Shown here one piece after another: positions 10,230 through 20,732 of a stretch of 32,000 bases of DNA (position 1 is its first letter; each line of letters opens with the position of its first letter). The notes beneath the pieces were generated by a model. It was not told the DNA's origin. It did no database searches and saw only the letters and a program-made list of their open reading frames with translations. The position numbers and the translations under genes are program-made. This stretch comes from Candidatus Kuenenia stuttgartensis (GTDB lineage: Bacteria > Planctomycetota > Brocadiia > Brocadiales > Brocadiaceae), in NCBI RefSeq assembly GCF_900232105.1, contig NZ_LT934425.1:2910001-2942000 (forward strand), in the 5' to 3' direction.

Positions 10230-10365
10230 TTATTTTGTCATTACGCTCTCGCATTTAAGTGCTCCCATACCGTTGTTTCATGTATGCGTAATGCCTGTGC
10301 TATTTGCTTTAGGGTCCAGCCTTCGCTAGTCAATAATACAGCCTTTATCCGATCATATATTCTAC
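10230..10365 (-). mobile_element. IS630-like transposase N-terminal remnant
   Basis: Minus-strand reading YDRIKAVLLTSEGWTLKQIAQALRIHETTVWEHLNARA followed by stops; an HTH typical of IS630-type transposases. Confidence 0.5.
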
Positions 10366-10517
10366 TGCCTTTTTAGATTTTGTGCTGTTCTTCTGGCTTT
10401 TGCATCTGATCTTCGGTTAGGGTTGTTTTTATAGGTCGGTGGTTTAACATAATAAAGGAGATATCAACTTTGAATTTTCAATCCGTTTGAGTATATACGT
10501 TTAAAAAACTCTTTTAA

Positions 10518-11790
10518 CAGTATTTTGTTAAAAATTAAGCAGCGATTTTTTTCTTAAATCGAGCGGATTTAATTTTAAAATATTCTTGTGAGAGTTTTTC
10601 GTTCTTTGATAAAGCGTTTGTTGATGAGAATTCAAGCAGGGAATTGATTGCTTTTTTGAATTCATTAAAGGTAGAAGGTTTTGTTTCCATGATTTTATCC
10701 AAATAAGCATTTTGTTTTATCCAATAAACGAACGTCCATGAGATCAGACAAATATTCCAATACCGCTCAATCTTGTTAATGTGCCTTACCTGAGAATGAT
10801 CAAAATAAAAAGTATCCTTCAATTCCTTGAAACAGTGTTCAATGCTCCAACGCAACAGATAGTTTGTGATAACCGTTTTCATAGAGGCATCGAGTTGGTT
10901 GGTGATAAGGATATGATGTTTTTTGTCATCTTCCCTGTTCCATTTTCCCAAAATTATCATAAACTTCAAATGGACATTCATTGCAACCATTCAGTTCGGC
11001 GTCAAACGTGTAGGTTTTATCGGAAACTTCGCTTCCATCCGAGAATTTTAAAGTAACATGCCTGATTTTGTCGGCATAATGTTTTTTGATGAGGGTCACG
11101 AGCTCATCGGGTTTGACACGACAATGTTTTTGTTTTTCCGGATGGTACATGAAGATATTTCTGTCTCGAAAGTAAGACTACAAAAAATAGCTTAAGTACA
11201 TATACTACAACACGATCTGGTTATAAAACCATTTTCATTGTTTCTGGGTGTTGCTAATGCAACATGATGATTGTTTGCTTTTATTTCTGAAAAAAAGTAT
11301 TTCTTTTTTGCGTGAATATGTTCGAGATACCGTTGAGATGCATACCATGAATCGAAGGCAATGGCTGAAAAATCAAAGACGTTCGAAGCAGTATCAAATA
11401 TCCATTGCTATTTGTATTTTGTCTTTAAATTTGGGGTCATTTTTTCCTTACCCGAACTCGTCGGCAGGAAGGTAGGGGATAACATCCAGAGGAAAATGTT
11501 TTATTTTTGAGACAAATGCGGCGCCAACAACAACATTGCGGTTTTCCGGCCTTTTAAGCGAACCGCAATATTGCCATTTGGCGGCTTCTGTGTTTTTAGC
11601 ATAGGGCTTTGGACACCCAGTATCATCTATGGTAAGGATGCTGTCTTTTGTCAATGCCTTGGTTCTTTGTTTTTAGATAATGTCCATTCTTTTCTGCTTT
11701 AATGCGGGTAAATCCCATTTGGATTCAGAAAAGAAGTATTGAAATTTCTGGTAATCCGTATGAACGTCTTGTGCCATGGCCCTCCAGTGA
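10518..11790 (-). pseudogene. Degraded DDE transposase (IS701/IS4-superfamily-like)
   Basis: Pieces in several frames, N to C: MAQDVHTDYQKFQYFFSESKWDLPALKQ; DSILTIDDTGCPKPYAKNTEAAKWQYCGSLKRPENRNVVVG; SAIAFDSWYASQRYLE; ILITNQLDASMKTVITNYLLRWSIEHCFKELKDTFYFDHSQVR. Confidence 0.65.
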
Positions 11791-11888
11791 ATTTATTTTA
11801 TAGTCTTTAAACATTACTTAGGCGACAAGGAGAAACATTGCAAATTGTTTTTTAGTAAAACACGATGCAAAATGTTCAAGAAATTTAT

Positions 11889-12179
11889 TTAATAACGATG
11901 CTTTGATAAACTCAGCAACCATATGTTTGTTATGAAAATACTCAAATCCTTTCCCTTATCATTACGAACAAGCACACTCTTTAAAACATACTCACTTTTT
12001 ACTACTTTAAGATGTTGGTCGACATCTGCATAGTCCTTGTCTCTTCTTGTACTCTTTGCACATTTAGCCATCAACGGATTGTTTGCAACCACATGGGTAT
12101 TCTTCATCCTTTCGCTAATCCAGGTTGTGACCAGTTCTGACTGCTTATGCCCAATGTCGTCGAGGTTTCTAATTAACAC
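11889..12179 (-). CDS. Hypothetical ORF, possibly a gene remnant
   Basis: 96-aa open frame with no recognised family; flanked by decaying sequence. Confidence 0.2.
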   Translation of the reverse strand: MLIRNLDDIGHKQSELVTTWISERMKNTHVVANNPLMAKCAKSTRRDKDYADVDQHLKVVKSEYVLKSVLVRNDKGKDLSIFITNIWLLSLSKHRY

Positions 12180-12372
12180 ATGCCTGAATATCCGACTACA
12201 TCCCTGGATAGGTCACAATCCTTTGCAGAACAAACGGTAATTACGGAAATACAATGAGTAAGAAAATGAGCCGATTTTTAATCGAGAGATACATTTTCTC
12301 TCCGTAATTTAACGAAATTGGACATCCATGTTCATGAAATATCAGACATCTCCTATGCTTATCATACATCCT

Positions 12373-12909
12373 TCACCACCAATGTGCCGGATAATCTCTC
12401 TTCATCGCCTTATTAAAGATAACCGCTATCACCACCATGGTAAACACTCCCAGAACGGTGGGATTCAGGATAAAAAGATACCCGACACCCAACCCCCCCG
12501 ATTGAATAGCTACATATGCCGTTGCGCCTGCCGGGGGGTGTACCGAGTACGTCACAAACATAAGAACAACAGCAAGGGCAACGCCAAGCGCAAGCGACCA
12601 CCACGTCACGCCAAATAAATCATAGATAATCACCCCGATACTTGCGCCAAGAAAATGCCCCATCAGAACATTCCTTGGCTGTGCCAGGGGCGACTTATAC
12701 GCACAATAAAGCAATGGTGCGGTAGATCCTAAAGACCCTAATAACATCGGACAATTCCATGTAAAGGCCAGTATCGCCGTTACCCCTATCCCAAGAATCG
12801 TTCCCCAGAGAGAAAGCCACGTCTCTCTTGTGGTGAGCACGGGTTGCGGCGCTCTGGGTAACTTTTTTACATACACACAAAATTTATTTATTCCATTCAT
12901 TACCAGCAT
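12373..12909 (-). CDS. HPP family integral membrane protein
   Basis: 178 aa with several TM helices; GSLGSTAPLLYCAYKSPLAQPRNVLMGHFLGASIGV...HPPAGATAYVAIQSGG is the HPP-family signature. Confidence 0.85.
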   Translation of the reverse strand: MLVMNGINKFCVYVKKLPRAPQPVLTTRETWLSLWGTILGIGVTAILAFTWNCPMLLGSLGSTAPLLYCAYKSPLAQPRNVLMGHFLGASIGVIIYDLFGVTWWSLALGVALAVVLMFVTYSVHPPAGATAYVAIQSGGLGVGYLFILNPTVLGVFTMVVIAVIFNKAMKRDYPAHWW

Positions 12910-13499
12910 TTTTTTATCCCCTCCTCTGTATAAGCCCTTTTAAAACCTCTTATTAAACAAGCAGAAAAACTCTCTTTATCTGCTACAAAATCGTTTTTTA
13001 CCTCAAGTGCAACATCGATAACTTTTTTAACCTCTGTGTTTTTTCTTTTCTTGAACATCTGATAAAACTCTTCACTTCTTCCTCATCTCCAGTCGCAAGA
13101 TTCACAAAAAACAATCTATGAAGTACAGAAGAGGAATTATCACCCACATCGGTTTTTCACTATCTTTGTCTTGAGGCGATTTACAAAGACAAACCAGCTT
13201 TTTGCTTTGTAACCTTATTAAATCAAGCAAGGTATAAATTTTACTTTCTGGTTCGTTGTAATAACGAAAGATATACCAATGTCGTAATGAGGAGGAAAAA
13301 TACCATTTATATTTCACATAAGTGGTATTTAATCAACGTTTTATTAAAACGATTATATTTTCATCTTCTTAATAATCTGCGTCTTATCGGTTCACGAAAA
13401 CATTCCATTATGCAATAGTGGTTTCAGTATGAAATTAATTATTTGCCGATAGTGTCCGAGATTTAGTGTTGTTATTTGATTCTGTATTTTAAAATCTTC

Positions 13500-13964
13500 C
13501 TACACAGTGTCGTTGTGGATATTCCAGGCACCTGCGAAACCTTTGTTTGAATTACCACCGTATTTGTTCATGGCCTCAATAATGGCATTTTTTTCCTGTT
13601 CAGCAAGGGTAGTAACAATAAATGTTTTCCTTCTCTCATCATCTTACGGATTTCTGGAAAGTGCGACAAATTCTTCCACGGTAACTGGAAGCGGAAGTTC
13701 ATCAATATTCATTATCTCGCTTTTAGACAATGCAACTGCTATTTCTATCATATTCTGCAGTTCCCTGATGTTGCCTGGCCAGTCGTAATTCATAAATGCG
13801 TACATCGCCTCTTCGGAGAACACTCTTTTAACCTTTTTAAATTTTTCTAAAATTTTCTCTAAAAAATACTCCACTAAAAACGGAATATCTTCCCTTTGCT
13901 CCCTCAAAGGAAGAATATGAACACGTATTACATTAGATCCGAGAAAACAGATCTTTTCTAAATA
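13500..13964 (-). pseudogene. C-terminal remnant of a sigma-54-dependent response regulator/enhancer-binding protein
   Basis: RSNVIRVHILPLREQREDIPFLVEYFLEKIL...ALYAFMNYDWPGNIRELQNMIEIAV, then in another frame AEQEKNAIIEAMNKYGGNSNKGFAGAWNI (Fis-like HTH). The upstream AAA+ part is missing at the junction with an IS remnant. Confidence 0.75.
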
Positions 13965-14198
13965 TTATTTTGTTAAAAATTAAGCGGCGTTTTTTTTATT
14001 AAAGCGAGCGGATTTAATTTTAAAATATTCTTGTGAGAGTTCTTCGTTCTTTGATAAAGCGTTTGTTGATGAGAATTCAAGCGGGGAATTGATTGTTTTT
14101 GAATTCATTAAAGGTAGAAGGTTTTGTTTCCATGATTTTATCCAGATAAGCGTTTTTACAGAGGTATCGAGTTGATTGGTGATAAGGACATGATATTT
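13965..14198 (-). mobile_element. Internally deleted second copy of the 10518-10924 transposase segment
   Basis: 13965-14160 matches about 10518-10720, then jumps directly to sequence matching about 10883-10922. Confidence 0.75.
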
Positions 14199-14754
14199 TT
14201 ATGACAGATGCAGATATAATGCCGGATGAAAAGAATGGCGTCTTAAGGATAACGATTCATAACATGACAAACCCAGGGAACAACAGATATGTTCAGCAAT
14301 TATGCGATGTACTTAATAGTTCCGAAACATTATTCCCAGGCACAAATCCGCGCCTTGTATATAATCTGGTATCAAATCAAATTCCACCAGATCGGGGGTT
14401 CTGAGATTATGCTGAATAGTTACCTAAAATCATCATAATCACCGTCTTTTTGTTATATGATTCCTGCCTTCAGACTAATTAAAAAATGACTTGAACATAA
14501 AAATGCTTTGTGGTAGAATCCCTTAGATTTTTGTGTATTTTAAGGTGGTTCACTTGTAGTGAAAACACCATCCTTTTTAACAAGCACCGCAAATTCCACA
14601 TTGTCATCTATCGTCTTAGCGGTTATCGTTATGGGTTATAGGTCTTTTTTACACGCTGCAAATCCCACGCAATAATTAATATTATTGTAATTTAGATGTT
14701 AATTGTTTTATATAAAAGCAGCAGATTTCATTAAACAAAATTTAGGAGGTATCT

Positions 14755-15969
14755 ATGGCGCGGTTGAAGCAGTTGATAGAGTTTATTAAGCGAAGAAAAA
14801 AGCTGGTAGGCTTCTTCTCCATAATTGTTCTCGTTGTTTTTTTCGTCACGTTAAATAAAGTATACCACTATTCGGAGACAAACGAGTTTTGTGCAAGCTG
14901 CCATGAAATGGATATCCATTACGAATCTTTTATGGCGTCGAAACATAATAATGAACATGTTGAACATTGTCACGCATGTCATGTGGGGCCTGGGCTGAAA
15001 GGTTACGCACACGCAAAGTTAAGCGATGGAACGCATGACTCCTTAATGCATTCATTTCAAGCCTTTTCCGACGGTTCACTCATTGAGGTTGCCGAAGACA
15101 GCATAGAGATAATAAATGGTAATTGCGAACGTTGCCACGCGGAAGGTTTTACAAAAGACAAGACGCATATCGAGTTTGTTGCAAAGAGTAGCAAGCACAG
15201 TAAGGATGGAAGGGAACTAGAAAAATTAATGTGTACCGATTGTCATTTAGGCGTTGCGCATCCGCACATGCCAGGAGACCTTTACGAGCTTTATGCCGAA
15301 AAAAAGGTGAAGCCCTATGGCAAATATAAAGAAACGGATTGTTTTGCATGCCATAAGATAGCTACTCCCGATGTCATAAAGCAATGGACGGGAAGCCCTC
15401 ATGCTGCAAAAGGGGTAACCTGTATTAGCTGTCACGGCGATGACCATGGATATATCACAAAGCGACACGGTCGTGTGTCAGCGAGCGCTTGTGGAGAATG
15501 TCACATGGCTCAATTTACAGAGTTCCAGGAAAGTTCTCACCTCCAGGGACGTACGGTGGCATTTGGTGGTACGTATGATGTGATTACTACAAGGCAGCTT
15601 AGTATGGAAGGTTGCAAAGAGTGTCATAAGCTGGGTTTAACATATGAAGACGACAGGGTTGGTGGAAGTTGCAATGCATGTCACGGAAGCCATAAATTTT
15701 CTACCGTCGAAGCGATGGCTTATGACGCGTGTGAAAAATGCCATATTGGCGGACCGGAACATTCCCAGTTAAATTCAAGCGAAAATTCCGTTTTTGGAAG
15801 GGTGCAAAAGATGCGTAGTCAGGGATTAATCTCTGACGATCTGGTGAAATGCCAAGCATGTCACGGACCTAATAAATCCCATAATTTCAATAAAATATCA
15901 ATCCCTCAGGAAATCGATGTGCTACTTTTCGGGGGGCACGGGTTAGTAAAAGTACCGGAAAATCATTAA
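14755..15969 (+). CDS. Multiheme c-type cytochrome with NapC/NirT-like N-terminal membrane anchor (11 CXXCH)
   Basis: One N-terminal TM helix, then CASCH, CHACH, CERCH, CTDCH, CFACH, CISCH, CGECH, CKECH, CNACH, CEKCH, CQACH. Confidence 0.88.
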   Translation: MARLKQLIEFIKRRKKLVGFFSIIVLVVFFVTLNKVYHYSETNEFCASCHEMDIHYESFMASKHNNEHVEHCHACHVGPGLKGYAHAKLSDGTHDSLMHSFQAFSDGSLIEVAEDSIEIINGNCERCHAEGFTKDKTHIEFVAKSSKHSKDGRELEKLMCTDCHLGVAHPHMPGDLYELYAEKKVKPYGKYKETDCFACHKIATPDVIKQWTGSPHAAKGVTCISCHGDDHGYITKRHGRVSASACGECHMAQFTEFQESSHLQGRTVAFGGTYDVITTRQLSMEGCKECHKLGLTYEDDRVGGSCNACHGSHKFSTVEAMAYDACEKCHIGGPEHSQLNSSENSVFGRVQKMRSQGLISDDLVKCQACHGPNKSHNFNKISIPQEIDVLLFGGHGLVKVPENH

Positions 15970-16006
15970 TAGGTTTACATGTTAAATCTTATTCAAAGTA
16001 GTCACG

Positions 16007-16039
16007 AAAAATCCCACCCTTATAAAGGTGGGATTTTTT
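16007..16039 (+). terminator. Rho-independent terminator
   Basis: aaaaatcccacc - cttataaa - ggtgggattttttt directly downstream of the multiheme cytochrome. Confidence 0.85.
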
Positions 16040-16121
16040 ATTATATCGGCATGCTTTTATATATAAGATACAAAATGCAAGTGTTTTACACGCTTTTTTA
16101 GATGTATGGGAGGACAGAATT

Positions 16122-18047
16122 ATGGGGAAAAATATAGTTCAGAAGATTTTAAGTTCACATCTTGTTTCCGGCAGACTAAAAGCAAAAACCGAGATTGCGA
16201 TTGTTGTTGATCAAACCCTTACTCAAGATGCAACAGGCACGATGGCATATTTACAATTTGAGGCAATGGGGTTGCCGGGGGTAAAAACGAAGTTATCGGT
16301 GAGTTACGTTGATCATAATATGCTTCAGGCCGGATTTGAAAACTTTGATGATCATTTATTTTTGCAAAGCTTTGCAAGCAAATATGGCATATACTACTCT
16401 AAACCTGGAAATGGTATTTGCCACCAGGTACACCTCGAACGTTTCGCTGTGCCTGGTGGAACATTGTTAGGTTCCGATAGTCATACACCAACATGCGGTG
16501 GGTTGGGGATGCTTTCTATTGGGGCGGGCGGACTTGACGTTGCAATTGCAATGGCCGGAGGGTCATTTTATTTCTCAATGCCGGAAATTGTATTGGTAAA
16601 ACTCTCCGGGGCCTTGTCCCCCTGGGTTACAGCAAAAGATGTAATCCTTGAATTATTAAGAAGACTTACGGTAAAAGGCGGCGTCGGGAAAATCTTTGAA
16701 TATGGAGGAGAGGGAGTCAAAACGCTTACGGTAACAGAACGTGCAACTATTACCAATATGGGCGCGGAGCTTGGCGCCCTTACCTCAATTTTCCCTAGTG
16801 ACGCTCAGACAAAAAAATATTTAAAAATGCAGGGGCGCGAAGATGTTTGGCAGCCTTTAAAGGCGAGCGCAAACGCACAGTATGATGAAACGGTGGAAAT
16901 TGATCTTTCATCCCTGGAACCAATGGTAGCGAGGCCGCACAGTCCGGATAACGTCTGCAAGGTGAGAGAGATCCAGGGGACTATGGTACATCAGGTTTGC
17001 ATAGGCAGTTGTACTAATTCATCTTATCACGATTTAATGGTAGCGGCGGCAATGTTAAAAGGGAAAAAAGTTCATCCGGACGTCAGCCTAACCATCTCCC
17101 CCGGATCACGGCAGGTACTGGAAATGATATCGAAAAACGGGGCATTAACAGATATAATTGCCGCCGGAGCAAGGATATTGGATGTTGCTTGCGGACCATG
17201 TATCGGAATGGGGCAAGCACCGCCTTCCGGAGGCGTCACTGTCCGGACATTTAACAGAAATTTTGAGGGACGAAGCGGAACCCTTGACGCAAAAGTCTAT
17301 CTGGTAAGTCCGGAAACCGCGGTCATTACTGCAATAAGAGGTGTGATTAGCGATCCAAGAGATTACGACATGCCCATTATTATTAAAGATCCGAAAACAT
17401 TTTTAATAGACGACAGCATGATAATCCCTCCTTCTGAAAATCCTGCACAAGTAACCATAATCAGAGGCCCTAATATTAAACCTTTGCCTAAAAAAGAACC
17501 CATGCCGGATACGTTGCATGGTGAAGTCCTTTTGAAACTAGGGGATAATATCACCACCGACCACATTATGCCGGCAGGCGCCAAGGTCTTGCCCCTGAGA
17601 TCAAATATTCCCGCTATTTCTGAATTTGTGTTTGAAAAAATTGACAAAGAGTTTGCGAAACGGGCAAAAGAAAAAGGTGGCGGTTTTTTGGTCGGCGGCA
17701 TAAATTACGGACAAGGTTCCAGCAGGGAACATGCAGCGCTTGCCCCGATGTATTTGGGTGTGAAAGCTGTTATTGCAAAATCTTTTGCGCGCATTCACCG
17801 GTCAAATCTCGTTAATTTTGGCATATTGCCATTAACCTTTACCGAAGAAAATGATTACCTCGTGCTGGACCAGGGAGATAGTTTAGAATTAGTGGATATT
17901 AAGAAGCAATTAAAACCTGGCGGTATCCTTGTTGTTCATAACCGGACAAAAAATAAAGAAATCAAGGTAACGCACCTGTTATCATCCCGCGAAATTGATA
18001 TCCTTTTCGCAGGAGGCCTGTTAAATTACCAGGCACAAAAAAATTAA
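16122..18047 (+). CDS. acn: Aconitate hydratase
   Basis: 641 aa with GSDSHTPTCGGLGMLSIGAGGLDVA, IGSCTNSSYHDL, ACGPCIGMGQAP and GSSREHAALAP motifs. Confidence 0.93.
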   Translation: MGKNIVQKILSSHLVSGRLKAKTEIAIVVDQTLTQDATGTMAYLQFEAMGLPGVKTKLSVSYVDHNMLQAGFENFDDHLFLQSFASKYGIYYSKPGNGICHQVHLERFAVPGGTLLGSDSHTPTCGGLGMLSIGAGGLDVAIAMAGGSFYFSMPEIVLVKLSGALSPWVTAKDVILELLRRLTVKGGVGKIFEYGGEGVKTLTVTERATITNMGAELGALTSIFPSDAQTKKYLKMQGREDVWQPLKASANAQYDETVEIDLSSLEPMVARPHSPDNVCKVREIQGTMVHQVCIGSCTNSSYHDLMVAAAMLKGKKVHPDVSLTISPGSRQVLEMISKNGALTDIIAAGARILDVACGPCIGMGQAPPSGGVTVRTFNRNFEGRSGTLDAKVYLVSPETAVITAIRGVISDPRDYDMPIIIKDPKTFLIDDSMIIPPSENPAQVTIIRGPNIKPLPKKEPMPDTLHGEVLLKLGDNITTDHIMPAGAKVLPLRSNIPAISEFVFEKIDKEFAKRAKEKGGGFLVGGINYGQGSSREHAALAPMYLGVKAVIAKSFARIHRSNLVNFGILPLTFTEENDYLVLDQGDSLELVDIKKQLKPGGILVVHNRTKNKEIKVTHLLSSREIDILFAGGLLNYQAQKN

Positions 18048-18173
18048 CCTAATATAAAAGTGCATTGAATTCAATAACTTATTGCCTTGTTAAAATATTA
18101 ATTCATCTCCATTTTGCGAGGATATTTGTGCTGAATATCTCATCTTTTCATTCAAATACATTGTAAATACACT

Positions 18174-18851
18174 ATGCGTATCTCTTTAACAAAATATGGC
18201 ATAAGGGAACTTGTGCTTTTTGGTATACCCTGTGTTGCTGGAATTTATTTTTCCCTTATTCTTTTCCCCTGGGCTGTGCCGATTCCCTTGTTTTTTATGT
18301 TGTTCCTGCTTAATTTTTTTAGGGATCCTGAACGAAACACACCGCAAGGCAAGGGACTTGTCATTGCTCCGGCGGATGGTGTTGTCTCACACATTGTTCC
18401 TGTTTTTGAGGAACATTATCTGAAATGTGACTCAATAAAAATAAGTATTTTCATGTCAGTCACCAACGTTCATGTTAATCGTATACCGGCGTATGGAACC
18501 GTGGAATTTATCAAACATACCCCCGGTAAATTTCTGGATGCCAGGGATGACGAATGTTTCAGCAGTAACGAAAATAATGTGGTTGGGTTATCGCTGGCAG
18601 AAAAGAAAGGGAACATCGCGGTAAAACAAATTGCCGGCAGGATTGCCAGACGGATTGTATGTGCCTGCAAAATCGGCGATGTCATGCAGCAAGGCGAGCG
18701 TTTTGGCATGATAAAGTTTGGCTCACGAGTAGAAGTATTCGTTCCCAAAACCATTCCGTTCGAACCAATGGTAACGGTAGGTGGAAAAGTAACCGCCGGG
18801 AAAACAATATTGGGGAAAATGCACGGGAATGGCGCCTCTGCGGCAGAATAA
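18174..18851 (+). CDS. psd: Phosphatidylserine decarboxylase-related protein (small form)
   Basis: NFFRDPERNTP, SIFMSVTNVHVNRIPAYG, GMIKFGSRVEVFVP motifs; 225 aa. Confidence 0.88.
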   Translation: MRISLTKYGIRELVLFGIPCVAGIYFSLILFPWAVPIPLFFMLFLLNFFRDPERNTPQGKGLVIAPADGVVSHIVPVFEEHYLKCDSIKISIFMSVTNVHVNRIPAYGTVEFIKHTPGKFLDARDDECFSSNENNVVGLSLAEKKGNIAVKQIAGRIARRIVCACKIGDVMQQGERFGMIKFGSRVEVFVPKTIPFEPMVTVGGKVTAGKTILGKMHGNGASAAE

Positions 18852-18918
18852 AACCCGTACTTTTTTAACGAAATTTATTTCATACCTTTTGTCATTCTTC
18901 TATGTATAAGACGCTGTT

Positions 18919-19566
18919 ATGTTCACTGGAATTATAGAACATCTGGTTGTGGTAAATAAACTCTCCACTTCTCCTCACGGAGCAGAATTGTTTTTGGATT
19001 TAGGAGGTTTTTACGATAATCTTGTAATCGGCGAAAGTATTTCCGTAAATGGTGTATGCCTTACCGTAAAAACAATTCATGGCAATGTGGTTAGTTTTGA
19101 CGTTTCAGGTGAGACGCTAAAAAAAACAACAATAGGGTCTTTACGAAGCCGGGAAATGGTAAATATTGAGAGAGCGCTAAGGATTGGTGACCGGCTGGGA
19201 GGGCATTTTGTAACTGGGCATGTGGACAGCATTGGCACGATAAAAGAAAAGAAACACATTGCGGAGCAATGTCTCATAACTTTTTCCACTGATAAGAGAT
19301 TTACCGGCATGTTGATTGAAAAAGGTTCCGTGGCAATAGACGGCATAAGTTTAACAAATTTTGAGGTAAAAGAAATCGCTTTCTCCGTGGCCATCATTCC
19401 CCACACACTTGCTTCAACCACGTTGGGTTATAAAAAACCGGGAGACAATGTAAACATTGAAATAGATATGATGGGAAAATGGATAAATAAACTTTTAGAA
19501 AATAATTTTACAGGGAAAAAGAGTGTTCTTACCATGGATAAGTTAATAGAACAAGGTTTTGCCTAA
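18919..19566 (+). CDS. ribE: Riboflavin synthase alpha subunit
   Basis: MFTGIIEHLVVV, GESISVNGVCLTV, GGHFVTGHVD, VAIDGISLT: duplicated lumazine-binding domains. Confidence 0.93.
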   Translation: MFTGIIEHLVVVNKLSTSPHGAELFLDLGGFYDNLVIGESISVNGVCLTVKTIHGNVVSFDVSGETLKKTTIGSLRSREMVNIERALRIGDRLGGHFVTGHVDSIGTIKEKKHIAEQCLITFSTDKRFTGMLIEKGSVAIDGISLTNFEVKEIAFSVAIIPHTLASTTLGYKKPGDNVNIEIDMMGKWINKLLENNFTGKKSVLTMDKLIEQGFA

Positions 19567-20599
19567 TAAAATGAATGCCTTGTATATAAATAAAAAACCA
19601 AAACTGCTTATTGGCATTACCATGGGGGACCCTTGCGGTATTGGACCGGAAATAATTGTACGTTCCCTCGCATCTTCCGCATTAAAACGTGCTGCAAACT
19701 ATATAATAATAGGGAATCAGGCTGTATTAGACAGTACGGCGCAATCTTTAAAAATTCCCTTTCGATACCGCGTTGTTTCACTTGAGACGGATATAGAGCG
19801 CGTATCCACCCCAATATCATTGCTATCTTCTGAACATTTTGACCTCAATCTTATAAAAAAAAGGCTCCCCACGGCGGAAGGGGGAGAATTATCTTTCCTA
19901 TGGATAAAAAAAGGCATCGACCTTGCCTTACAGGGAAAAATTAATGCCCTCGTTACAGCGCCGATATGTAAAGAAGCTATTCACATGGCAGGCTATCAAT
20001 ATCCCGGCCATACGGAAATATTACGTGACCTCTCGAAAGTAAAACGCGTTGTGATGCTTATGATTGGTGGTTCGTTAAGGGTTGCCTTTGTCACTACCCA
20101 TATTGCCCTGCATGAAGTTGCGCAGAGTATTACGGTTAAAAACGTTCTGGAGACAATTACCATCTGCAATACATATCTGAAAAAATATTTTACTCCAAGA
20201 AACCCAAGGATAGCCGTTTGCGGCGTTAATCCCCATGCTGGTGAAGAAGGAATTTTTGGAAATGAAGAAAAAAATATTATAGTCCCTGCCGTAAAAAAGG
20301 CAAAGAAACTAGGCGTCGAATGCAACGGCCCCGTTTCCGCAGATACCGTATTTTATAAGGCGTTAAAGGGCCAGTACGATTTGGTGGTCTCCATGTATCA
20401 TGACCAGGGCGCAATCCCTTTGAAACTGCATGCCTTTGAAACAGGAGTAAACATTACGCTGGGAATTCCGTTCATCAGGACCTCGCCTGACCACGGCACC
20501 GCCTACGATATTGCAGGCAAAGGCATTGCAAACCCTGATTCAATGAGGGAGGCAATAATGACGGCAATAATGATGGCAAAATGTGAAGGAAAGGTGTAA
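19559..20599 (+). CDS. pdxA: 4-hydroxythreonine-4-phosphate dehydrogenase
   Basis: ITMGDPCGIGPEIIVRSL, TAPICKEAIHMAGYQYPGHTE, VSMYHDQGAIPLKL, FIRTSPDHGTAYDIAGKG. Confidence 0.93.
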   Translation: MPNKMNALYINKKPKLLIGITMGDPCGIGPEIIVRSLASSALKRAANYIIIGNQAVLDSTAQSLKIPFRYRVVSLETDIERVSTPISLLSSEHFDLNLIKKRLPTAEGGELSFLWIKKGIDLALQGKINALVTAPICKEAIHMAGYQYPGHTEILRDLSKVKRVVMLMIGGSLRVAFVTTHIALHEVAQSITVKNVLETITICNTYLKKYFTPRNPRIAVCGVNPHAGEEGIFGNEEKNIIVPAVKKAKKLGVECNGPVSADTVFYKALKGQYDLVVSMYHDQGAIPLKLHAFETGVNITLGIPFIRTSPDHGTAYDIAGKGIANPDSMREAIMTAIMMAKCEGKV

Positions 20600-20732
20600 C
20601 TTCTCAATAAGTTGTGGCAGGAGGTAGTAAAAAACTACCATCTACCATACTATCATTTTATTTATGTTTATACGGATAAACCCGTGTCCTATTGTTGCTG
20701 GCCATAGGAATATTCTATAAGAGGATACTACG

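Noticed and set aside
14201-14404. 67-aa ORF after the IS remnant (RLVYNLVSNQIPPDRGF)
   Set aside because: Probably the tail of a lost transposase or other gene, but not recognisable enough to name; not proposed as a gene.
14558-14580. ggtggttcacttgtagtgaaaacacc possible hairpin
   Set aside because: Imperfect pairing and no clear gene to terminate; could be chance in AT-rich DNA.
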